Positions 26,060 through 36,800 of a stretch of 64,000 nt of DNA are shown here, piece after piece. Each line of letters starts with the position of its first letter. Within the stretch, counting starts at the first letter, position 1. Made by a program: the position numbers and the translations under genes. Source of the DNA: Leucoraja ocellata (Eukaryota); assembly GCA_036785375.1 (NCBI GenBank), contig JAWMAR010000024.1, positions 5,270,001 to 5,334,000 on the forward strand. Reading direction: 5' to 3'. Under the pieces are notes generated by a model, which made no database searches, had not been told where the DNA came from, and saw nothing but the letters and a program-made list of their open reading frames with translations.

Positions 26060-26860
26060 AATGCATACAACTGTTAACCAATTAAGGCTGAAGTATTAAT
26101 TAACTAAGCATGAAAAGGTGAGTGCGTATTTGAGGAGTGGCTTTTTGTGATGTGATAATTATTTCTTCTCTAGTCCTTGTGTAGAGTCTTCACTGGAGAT
26201 AAAATAAGTGGGCAGCCCTGACAAACCATATTATTTAATCTCCTGTCAAGTGGAAAGCATTTAAGCAGGCCACTTGTCTTGGCTATTTCAGCTTATACAA
26301 GGGAATGCAGCACAAATAAATTAGCATATTTTGTCTTATTCACTCGCTGCTGGTCAATTTGGGTTGGCATCGCTTTGGTGTTTGGTACTTCACCCTGGAG
26401 TGACCACTGTGGCCCTTCAATGACCCTCTGGCCTCTTAACTAACCACTTGATAAGGCAACTGTTGTCACCATCCCTCTTTTTCTTTCAGTTTTTCTATCC
26501 TTTTTTGCTTTCTATGCTCCCACCTCTACAACCACCCAATCCACCCTTTAAAAAAAATCTATTAATCATTAAATACTCAGTCCACTGACAATTAGGATGC
26601 CCTTTTCTTAATTAATGGTCATCAGTGGTTTTCATTATTTAATTGCATTGAGAATGGTTAATAGTTAATCGGGTGGGCAATTGTCTGATTGGGTCACTTT
26701 GGGAGCAGTGCTGAAGATGTTTTGATTGGGATTCCTCTCTGTTATACCCACTTAGCAACTCACGTAGCAGTCATAAAATTAAGTGTCTGTCAGGGATAAC
26801 TCTTTTATTTCTTAACGCATTAATGTAATTTTCCATAAAATTAGGATTCTTAAAGAGTTT
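26060..26860. promoter_or_regulatory. Candidate conserved enhancer just downstream of exon 9 (HS5-like position)
   Basis: NK2-type sites at 26205, 26246, 26271 and 26444; GATA sites at 26197 and 26450; Meis sites at 26219 and 26243; octamer-like ATTAGCAT at 26320; Pax-like TTTCATGCTTAGTT on the - strand at ~26102-26115; dense TAAT. Confidence 0.5.
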
Positions 26861-27795
26861 CATGTTGAATAACATACATGGGATTTTTTTTTAAGTTGTA
26901 ACGTGCATTTACCCAGCTTAGTTGAGGTACTGTATTGAATTCATTTATAAAGTTCAAATCAAACATTTGGCTTCTACCTTTATGTCCTACTTGCAAAATT
27001 GAATAAAAAAATGCATTTAGGATACTTTAAGGAGTATTTTAAATCTACTTTTTCAGATTTGTTGACATTGCTGAATCTTTATTGTCAGTTTAAATTCCAG
27101 TTAAATTATTTAAACAAGACCCCCCCCCCCCCCCAAATCATGTGGTTGCCTCAATAAATTTGGTAGGACCAAAAACAAAGGTGACCTAAAGCAAACAGTT
27201 GATTAGTCTCTGCATACATCCCAAATGTTGCTGAGTGCAAGTTAATCAGCTACTCTGCTGCACTTCCCTAAACTTACTTTCAATGGAGATATTTCACGCT
27301 CAGCAATAAAAATGTTGAAGCATGCTGGTGTTCTCCAGAGGAAAAGGTAAATATTTGAAAGTGTTAATTTATTCTGAATTCCTTTACAAAAATTGCAAAT
27401 ACAATTTGATTATTCATTTCTTTCGCATAAACTGCAATCTAGATCAAATAAAACTGAATGCTAAAATGCATCCCTCAGTTTACCAATACAAATACAGTTT
27501 CCCAACATACTTATTATTCTATCCATGTCGATTTAAACCTATGGCAAAATACTAAAAGGGAGTTGTTGACTCATACAGGCCAAAAAAAATCATGTATTAT
27601 AAGAGATGTATCTTATGTTTGTCATTTACGATATCAGGAACCAAAGCGTATTACAGAATCAATTTGTGATGTAGAAAATGAGGCAACCAGTTTGTGCTTA
27701 GCAAGTTCCACGACTATAATGCAAATGTAACCAGATAATAGAGCTTTTATTATGAATTTTTTGGGTAGCATCTTAAATAGCCATTAACACTCCAC

Positions 27796-28594
27796 TATTA
27801 ACAATAACACTCCGTTAACAAATAATCCTCCAACATTTTCGCCCAACAAATAATCCTCCGACATTTTTGCCACCTCCAACGGGATCCCACCACTGGCCAC
27901 ATCTTCCCATCTCCTCCCCTTTCAGCTTTCCGCAGAAACCGCTCCCTCCGTAACTCCCTGGTCAATTAGTCCCTTCCCACCTGAACCATCCCCTCTCCTG
28001 GCATTTTCCCTTGCAACCACAGGAAATGCTACACTTGTCGCTTTACCTCCCCCCCTTGACTCCATCCAAGGACCCAAGCAGTCTTTCCAGGTGCGGCAGA
28101 GGTTCACCTGCACCTCATCCAGTCTCATCTGTTGCATCCCCTGCTCTAGGTGTCAGCTGCTCTACATCGGTGAGACCAAGCGTAGGCTTGGCGATCGCTT
28201 CGCCCAACACCTCCGCTCGATTTGCAATAACCAACCTGATCTCCCGGTGGTTCAGCACTTCAACTGCCCCTCCCATTCCGAATCCGACCGTTCTGTCCTG
28301 GGCCTCCTCCATGGCTAGAGTGAGGCCTACCGTAAATTGGAGGAGCAGCACCTCATGTTTCGCTTGGGTAGTTTACACCCCAGCGGTATGAACATTGACT
28401 TCTCCAATTTTAGGTAGTCCTTGCTTTCTCCTTTCCCCTCCCCTTCCCAGCCCACTGTCTCTGCCTCGTCCTTTCTTATTAACGCCCCCACCCCCACATC
28501 AGTCTGAAGAAGGGTCTCAACCCAAAACGTCGCCTATTTTCTTCGCTCCATAGATGCTACCTCACCCCCTGAGTTTCTCCAGCATTTTTGTCGA
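27796..28594 (+). mobile_element. Penelope-like retroelement, 5'-truncated, with GIY-YIG endonuclease and terminal repeat
   Basis: QRFTCTSSSLICCIPCSRCQLLYIGETKRRLGDRFAQHLRSI...PVVQHFN. Terminal repeat with hammerhead-like CTGAAGA...AAACGTC at ~28504-28531. 15-bp TSD CCATTAACACTCCAC (27781-27795, 28595-28609). Confidence 0.88.
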
Positions 28595-28979
28595 CCATTA
28601 ACACTCCACGTGTCTTTAAAAACCTATAAATGTTTGCACATTCAACACAGAAGTGCAGTTTGACTTTAGAGAGCTATGCATTACCTCTTTCCATACATTC
28701 CACCACATACACTGAAGGCATGTTACTAAAAGGTCCATTTTGTGACTAATGAGCTTTTGTTGCATAACGTTATAAGATCACTGCAAACTAGTTTATTTCA
28801 CAAGTTTCTATTGCAGACTGCTGTTTTACTAAACATAAGGTTATTAAGGGATTATGCAAGTAGTGCATTTGCATGACGAGAGAAAAGTTTTTGTAAGTTT
28901 ATTAAAAAAGGGGAATGAAATGTTGAACTAAACATACATAAGTGAACAGAGTATTAAAAGACCGAGGGAAAAACAACAA

Positions 28980-29420
28980 AAAAGTCTGCCTGTCTAATCC
29001 TATTTCTTTCCACTTTGGAATCTTAATTAGGAGGAGATAAAAACCATCATTTGACTAAATTATTGTCTTGAATCTGTAGCAAAAGGTATAATCCGCAATT
29101 GGGCCAATTAGTGCACCCTGTAGTTAGCCATGCTGAGGCAGGCAATGTGATTAGAGCTGACACCAGCCTAGTTCCCACTGCTGCTTTGCCAGGTATGATG
29201 GTCAGACTTCAAAGGGCTTGAGGCATCAGCAGGGCAAGGTTTGGAGGCCAACTTTTGGTCCGTCTGTTAATCTCCCTGCTAAACTGCAATGCCCCTCGCA
29301 CAAAACGAGCTTACACGACACAATCATGCGGCATTAAAGTTTCAGTTGAGTTATGCCAATTGCCTTTGATTTTCTGATGATTGACCAAAGGATGCCTATA
29401 CAGCTAGACACATACTCAAA
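28980..29420. promoter_or_regulatory. Candidate retinal-type enhancer (HS234-like position)
   Basis: Otx/Crx TAATCC at 28995 and 29089, TAATTA/CAATTA homeodomain sites and TCF-like TTCAAAG/CTTTGAT, all in unique sequence. Confidence 0.45.
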
Positions 29421-31369
29421 CTTTCCCGATTAGGTAAGCTGAACGCTATCTAAAACATTTTTGCTTTTTTTTTATTATGAAGGCCAAGATAATAGGTTTT
29501 ACTTGACATCTGTGATGAGATCATCAGGATCCGACTTACCACATTTTTCTTATGATCTTCTAATAATGTTATGGAATACCTTTGGAACTCCTCCTGCCTA
29601 GGTTGCTTAATTGTCTCTCACTTTTGTATTTTGTTTCCTGTTTAGTTATTGGTTGGTAATGTCACAATGTTTCCATTTTAAGAACAGCCTACAGCAGCAC
29701 TGGTGTTGATGTGAACAAGAAAAACTGCCATTCCAATGACTTTCCCTAAGGCTGCTGCAGGCTTCCCTAACTTGTGTCTCTTACACATTCCAACTGGCTT
29801 TAAACGGAGCAGAACATGGAAGCTTCTGACACAACCTGACAAAGTAGTCACTGCCATATTACTAATAGAGATTGAATTGTATATATACAGCTATACAAAT
29901 TTTTGGTGGTAATGAATTTTAGCTGAAAACTTCAAAAAATTGGGCCTTAACCCACAGCTTTGTTCTGATTCGTAATTTAGCTACTTGTATCAATCAGCAT
30001 ATTTGTCACATAACCTTTAATATTTAGAATCCTATTCAAAATCTCCAATGTGGTTTTGTTTGAGACAAAGAGAGCGCAAGCGTGTTAGCTTTATTGAAGT
30101 TTTATTGAAAGTTTCTTGAGTTATCAGATGATATGCATAATCTCAGCGTGTTTGCTGGTACGTTTCCTGACATAATGCATATTATTTGATGGACCAAAGG
30201 ACTTTTGATGCCACAAATAATGCAAACAAACATACCACTCTCCTTCATGCATAAGCACATACTCGCTCTCTAACTCCTTTGCTTACGTGCGCATGCACAC
30301 ATGCCACATTCTCAGGCGTGTTATTGACTTTTTGACTGAGGTTATAAGTATCCAAGATAATGTGGCACATGTTTGTTGTATTATATCCACAGAATCCTGC
30401 CTTCCTCTAAACTCCTCAATATAAACTGGAGTGTTTAGCTATGACGTATGCCATTGTATGTTTTCTAATTACAGAATAGTTAACACATTAGCATCATTCA
30501 AGTATCTTCAGAGATCCTGATATAATTTAGGCTGAGCTGCCTATACCACAACTCAGCACCCTTAAGCAGAAGGGGGAGGGTAGTGGAATTGTACCAATTT
30601 ATAACAGCTCCTTTCTCAGTTTTGTTCACCTATAATTAAGGAAAGAATAGTCATCTTAATAAGGTAACTTTTCTTTTTCTGTATTTTGGTTATTTTATCT
30701 TCTGTCATTCATTAGCAGCAAGAGTATATGTATGCCTGCATAAATGTTCCAAGCTTAAACAGTCATCGCAACACAAAGAATGAGGGAGCAGAATGAGTCA
30801 GAAAATGATGGGAGAGTTTGGAAAAATACAGCTATAAACAAAGAGCAGGAAAGTGAACAAACAAAAGAGACGAAGGCAGATAAATAGTTGGATTGAAGTA
30901 AGAAACAAGAGTTTAAAGTTTGTAACCAAAAATAAATTCAAGTGACATCTACTCTCAGGTACACATTGACTTTTTATCACTGATTTGCAGAGGAAACATC
31001 TGAAATGGCATAAAATTGAAAACAAAAATCCTAAAAAAGATTATTTGCCGTACCCCATGCCATCTTTTTCTCAAGTGCAGGATCTTATCCCTTGTTCCTA
31101 GTCCTGTAAAATTCTGTCTCTGCTGAGGGCCAGATATACCGAAGATACGCATATTCATTCCTGCTTTGACTCTGTTCCCACAGCAGCAAATGTTACTGTA
31201 TTTTCCCACTTTAGTATTCTAGTTTGCATTTCTATCATGGAGAACCACTGCATTTAATAAGAAAGAAAGATTTTCATTCATTATAGAACCTTTCATCACA
31301 TTTACCACCAATTAGTTACAGTACATATTCAGGTCCTACTCTTTGGAGGCACTGTGTACCATCAACAAA

Positions 31370-31800
31370 ACATTGTTATGGGAGATGGCAATATCTTCCA
31401 AACTCCATCTGCACTTCACACAGCTTGAAAAAAACAGCCACCATCGCCATCCTTGATGGTGGCTTTTTTTTTCAACTTGTGTGTCGATCCGGTCATTCCC
31501 TCTTCTCCCCTCTCCCGTCAGGCAGAAGATATAAAAGCTTGAAAGCACATACCACCAGATTCAGGAACAGCTTCTTGCCTGTTATTGAATGGTCCTCCCA
31601 TAAATTAATCTTCCAACCTACCTGAGTGTGGACCTTGCACTTTTTCTTTGGAACTGTAACGCTTTAATGCTTTGTGTTCTGGTATTTTTCTCTTCACAAT
31701 ACCTGTGATACTTGTGTACAGCTTGATTTTACCGTGTATGATATGATTTGCTTGGATAGCATGCAAACAAATCTTTTCACTATATCTTGGTACATGCTAA
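31370..31800 (+). mobile_element. Decayed Rex1/Babar-type LINE 3' fragment
   Basis: GHSLFSPLPSGRRYKSLKAHTTRFRNSFLP, the same C-terminal motif as the 9197-10075 element, followed by a 3' UTR remnant. Confidence 0.75.
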
Positions 31801-32383
31801 CTCGAGCAGAAACACAGCAGCATTGGATGAGAAATGGTAGACACAAAATGCTGGAGTAACTCAGCGGGACAGGCGGCATCTCTGGAGAGAAGGAATGGGT
31901 GAAGTTTCGGGTCGAGACCCTGGATGAGAAATGAGTGAAATAGGGCACAGTGAACAGACTGAACTTCTAGATGAATTTGGACATTATTATGTTTGAGGTC
32001 AATGGCATGAGTTGAAATGCAATGGCGTTTGCTAGCCAATAAACATGTGAATCACCACCACTTGATATTTCCAATAATAAGTCTGCGTTGAAATTACACA
32101 GCATTATATTTTGGTATCAATTCGGTATGTAGATTGTAAAGAGCCAAGGATAACGTACCTGAAAATGTACACCTGATCTAGCATGTGTTGTTGACAGCAG
32201 AGTGAGAGGTGATTATCATGATCAATATCACTTTTTTTCCAGTAAAGGAAAGGATAAAATAAAGTGGAGAAATAAAGTTCAGATTTCAGCCCAATATGTA
32301 TTGTTAGGACTGGAAAATGTTAAAGAAGTAGCAACCAAGTATAGATGCAGGGAAAGTGGTGATGAAGGAGTGGGTAAGAGTAA

Positions 32384-32589
32384 TGCCCCTGCCCCACTTA
32401 GGAAACCTGAACGGAAACCTCTGGAGACTTTGCGCCCCACTCAAGGTTTCCGTGCGGTTCCCGGAGGTTTTTGTCAGTCTCCCTACCTGCTTCCACTACC
32501 TGCAATCTCTGGGAACCGCACGGAAACCTTGGGTGGGGCGGAAAGTCTCCAGAGGTTTCCGTTCAGGTTTCCTAAGTGGGACAGGGGCA
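32384..32589. mobile_element. PIF/Harbinger-type fold-back MITE
   Basis: Arms of ~85 bp starting TGCCCCTG(C/T)CCCACTTAGGAAACC with few mismatches; TAA TSD at 32381-32383 and 32590-32592. Confidence 0.88.
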
Positions 32590-33774
32590 TAATAAGGAAA
32601 GAATAAAACCTAAGATTTGTATTGCAATAAAACTCAACATTGGTGATTCTAGACTAGCAAACTTTCCAGATTATTGGATGTTACTCCAAATAATAGCCTC
32701 TATTTTACACAGCCATACAACAAATTTCCCAATGAATCCAATGAACTAAACTGGAGTGATAAATGTACAAGCAGTCGAGTCCCTGGCTGTATTTGTAACT
32801 AATGGTAGGCCAGAACCAACCCAGCTCCACCCACACACCTTATCCCCAGCCCTGGCTACCCTCCAGACCATTGGCTTTGGCTATAGACCCTATGCATTCT
32901 ATGCTTTGGCTTTGGCCATATTCTACCCTATGGCTTTGGCCATAGACCCCATGCAAACCCTATGCATGTATATGCATTCTAGAACCCCAGCTCCATGAGT
33001 GAACCAGATGATGGACCATTAGGATTTCCGAATAATCAGATGCCAGATTATCTGATTTCTACTGTAACATGGAAGGTAGGAAAGACGAAAAGGACTTTGT
33101 TATTGTTGGGATCTTACTGCCAAGGATCATCATTTATTGCCTATCACCAATTGCCCTGGAAAAAGTTCTGAAGTAAGTTGCAATCTTGAACAATTGGGCT
33201 GATTCTAATTTAATCACTTTATTTCTATTTATTTTAAACCTGAATGATGTCAAAAATGCTCTCAAACTAAAACTCATTCCATGTATCCAACCATTTCCTA
33301 GAAACTAAAGCCAGAATTTCCCCTCGTTACTCCTCTAGTTAGTCTTGCTTGGTAATTGGTTTAAAGGGTTCTTCTGTAATCTGCAGCTTCTTGAAACTGT
33401 TTACACAGACAGTATCCTGGTTAATATTACGATAAATTAAATTCCCACATGTTACTACCCTAATGTTTTTGCATTTATCAGAAATGTGTTTATAATTTTG
33501 TTTTTTTATTTCCTTCAGACTGCTTGCGGTCTGTGGTGCATCTTTATTGTTTCGTTTTTCTTGATGGTCGTTGTAACATTCCTGAGATTTGAGATTCTTT
33601 ATGCAGCCTGGCCTATAGATCACTCTTGACCTGGAGCAATGTGGTTGACTCTTAAAGGTCCTTTGAAATAACCAGCAAGTGACTCTGTTGGAGGACATTT
33701 AAGGTTGAGCAGTACATGCTGACCTTGCCAACGGTACATAGGTCCGGAAAAAAGCATTAAACAAAAATAAAAAT

Positions 33775-34216
33775 TGGTCGGCATTCTTTTGAACTCGTAG
33801 TGCAGTGGAGTGGGGTCGCTATGTACTTATAGGCAGTTGAGGGCAGCCGTAGGCAATCTCCTTCGCTGACCGTGCATTTTAATTGGCTCATTGGAGTTTT
33901 CAGGAACATGGAAAACCGACCGGTAATTTAAATGCCCACTAAACTTTATTATGTTGTCTGGCTTCTTAAAAGTGTCTCCACTCCTTCTCTCCCCCCTTCT
34001 CCCACCCTACTCTCCCCTTCTCTCCCCCTCTCTTTCCTTCTCATCCCCCCCCCCCCTCCCCCGCGCCCGCTCCGTGCTCTCTAAAGGACTTGTGTGCTCG
34101 CTCGCTCGCTGTTTCATCGCTGACTGTCGATCCAGCTCGAGGTTTTCCAGGCGAGTGCCCTCGAGCTTGAAGGTCGAAGACAGTCGCTGTAAATCCGCGT
34201 CAGGGGGACGGGCCCT
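33775..34216. mobile_element. Harbinger-type MITE, right end intact and left TIR not found, abutting a SINE tail
   Basis: Ends GGGGGACGGGCCCT followed by TTA. Shares caggcgagtgccctcgagcttgaaggtcgaagacagtcgctg with the 46389-46593 element. An HE1 SINE 3' end follows at ~34217-34300. Confidence 0.65.
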
Positions 34217-34437
34217 TTAATGTGCGGCGACCTCTGGTTGGTGCGGTCGGTGGACCAAAGGGCCTGTTTCCGCACGGTGTCTCTAAAACTTAACTAAAAC
34301 AAAAATATTGGCATTAAGCAGATTAGCAATCTTTTTTGTTCCTTTTCATTTAAAAATATCGCTTTAGTTTTCAACCTTCCATTTGAATCTTTGCTCAGCT
34401 TTCGAATTCCCTTCCCTTTAAATCCAACGTAGCAGTA

Positions 34438-35519
34438 CAGGTGCACAACCTTTTATCCGAAAGCCTTGGGACCAGACACTTGTCGGATTTCGGAATTTTT
34501 CGGATTTCCGAATGGAAGATTTTTAGCGTAGATTAGGTAGGTAGCGCGGGCGGCTTGAAAAGTCTGGAGCGGCTGCCTCCTCCCCGGAGACCGGGGAATC
34601 ATTGTAAATCATTGCTTAAATGTTAGTCAGTTAGTTTGGAGGGATTTTATGTGGGGGGGGGGGGGGAAGGGGGAAACTTTAATTCTTAGTCGCCTACCTG
34701 GTCGGAGAGGCGGGGAGCGGGCAATGCCTTACCATAGCTCCGGAGCGCTATGGCCGCCGACTCCCAACATTGTGGAGCTGGGGGCTGCGGGCGTCCGGCC
34801 GCGGGCGCCGCCGGTTGGAGCTCCGACCCCGGCAACTCTACCCCTGGCTGCGCGGCGCTCTAAATCCAGCACCGCTCGCGGCCGGTCGCCCGCTGCCCCA
34901 GCTCCACGATGTTGGGAATCGGCGGCGTCACAGCGCTGGGATACCAGCGGGGAGCGGGCAATGCCTTACCGGGTCGCCGTGCGGTAAGCTCCGGAGCGCT
35001 GTGGCCGCCGACACACAACATCGCGGAGCTGGGGCTGCGGGCGTCGGGCCGCGATGGATTTGGAGCGCTGCGCAGCCAGAGGTAGAGTTGCCGGGGTCGG
35101 AGCTACAACCGGCGCCGCCCGTTGCCGGACGCCCGCAGCCCCAGCTGGGAGTTGGCGGCCACAGCGCTGCGGAGCTTACTGCACGGCGACCCAGTAAGGC
35201 ATTGACCGCTCCCCGCCTCTCCGACCAGGTAGCGGACTAAGAATTAAAGTTTCCCCCTTCACCCCCCCCCTTCACATAGAAGCCCTCCAAACTAACTGAC
35301 TAACATTTAAGCAATGATTTACAGATGTTTAAGTGTCTCCCCGGTCTCCGGGGAGGAGGCAGCCGCTACAGTAGTACAGACCTGGGTTGACCGTGGGTCG
35401 TTTCGGGTCAAGTTTGGCGCCAAATGCGAGCTTTGGTGTGCAGACGACATCCTGGAAAAAATGGCCGGTTTTCGGAGTTTTTCGGTTTCCGGAACTCCGG
35501 ATAAAAGGTTGTGCACCTG
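34438..35519. mobile_element. Non-autonomous Tc1/mariner (pogo/Tigger-like) DNA transposon with CpG-rich palindromic interior
   Basis: Perfect TIR CAGGTGCACAACCTTTTATCCG/CGGATAAAAGGTTGTGCACCTG, flanked by TA at 34436-34437 and 35520-35521. Large internal inverted repeats; no transposase ORF. Confidence 0.85.
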
Positions 35520-35884
35520 TACTGGTAAGATGACTTGTGATGACATTGGCTCTTACTGGCCTGTACAGATTCCACGTTCCACAGCGCTGGTTCCATTGTC
35601 TGGGAATGCGTTTCCTTAGCTGTCTGGTTTATTGGGACAAAGCTGTTTCTAAACCAAAAACAGACTGAATTGTTATTAAACATAGATTTTAAATGTGAGC
35701 TTTTGTACAACTGTATTAATTCTCTAGCTATCTGTGTTATTCACCTTCTTTGGTCAAGGCTGGTGCATGGATCTAGGACTACCTTTAAATTGCAACTTCT
35801 AAATCTCTTTACAAACTCTTTTTTTACCATTGTTTTCAGTATTGATGACAACCCTCACAGCTTAGTCTTCTCCTCCAGAATGAA

Positions 35885-36800
35885 CGTAGAATATAGAATT
35901 GTGTGACACAAGATAAGACCCATCTGCCCACAATGTCTGTGCCAAACATGATGCCAAGTTAAACTAATCTTATCTGCCTGCACATGATCCATATCTCTCA
36001 ATTCCCTATGTGAGGGAAAGAGCTGCAGATGCTGGTTTAAATCGAAGGTAGACACAAAATGCTGGAGTAACTCAGTGGGACAGGCAGCATCTCTGGAGAA
36101 AAGGAATGGGTGACATTTCAGGCTGAGACCCTTCTTCAAACTGCATGACTTTGTGCCTATTTAAAAAGCCCCTATCACCTGCCTTCACCCCTGGCAGCAT
36201 GTCCCAGGCACCCGCCACTCTGTGTAATGCCCCACACATCCCCTTTAAACTTTATCCTTCCCGCCTTAAATCAATAGTCTTTGACATTTCACCCTGGAGA
36301 AAAATGTTCTGACTGTCTTCCTATCTATGGCTCTTGTAAATTTATATATTTCTATCTGTTCTCCCCTCATCTTCCAATGCTCCAGAACAAACAATCCAAG
36401 TCTGTCCAATCTCTCCTTGTAGCTAATACCCCCTAATCCAGGCAGCATTCTAGTAAACCTCTTCTGTAATCTCCAAAGTCTCTTCATCCTGTAATGGGGC
36501 GACCACAACAGCACGCAATATTCCAAATGTAGCCAAACCAGTCTTATAGAGCTGCATCACAACATCCTGACTTATACTCAATATCTCAACTGATCAAGGC
36601 AAGCATACCATTCACCTTTTGTACCACTCTATCTACTTCTGTTGTCACTTTCAGGAAGCTATGGACTTGAACCCCAAGATACCTCTGCATGTCAATGCTT
36701 TTAATAATCTTTAATACTTTCCCCTTGCATTCGACCTCCCGAACTGCAATACCTCAGACTTGCTCGGATTAAACTCCATCTGCCATTTCTCCACCTCCAT
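35885..36800 (-). mobile_element. Decayed CR1 LINE with a nested Penelope-type terminal repeat (~36008-36143)
   Basis: EYCVLLWSPHYR...LQKRFTRMLPGLGGISYKERLDRLGLF. The 3' UTR is interrupted by the gacacaaaatgctggagtaactcag repeat. Confidence 0.82.

Noticed and set aside
18484-26669. Identical 13-mer GTTAATAGTTAAT at 18484 and 26657 in two candidate enhancers
   Set aside because: Many duplicated 13-mers are expected by chance in 64 kb of AT-rich DNA. It is not significant without conservation data.
32865-32995. Short interspersed direct repeats (TTGGCTTTGGCCATA) that look like an array
   Set aside because: Irregular degenerate minisatellite, probably inside an old DNA transposon. There are no constant repeat/spacer units and the context is eukaryotic, so it is not CRISPR.
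33339-33698. 119-aa minus-strand ORF
   Set aside because: KCKNIRVVTCGNLIYRNIN looks like a decayed CR1 endonuclease motif (RVVVMGDFNFPNID), not a host gene.
34649-35240. GC-rich ORFs of 112 and 156 aa and an apparent CpG-island promoter
   Set aside because: They lie wholly inside a TIR/TA-bounded palindromic transposon. The open frames reflect GC content and have no protein motifs.
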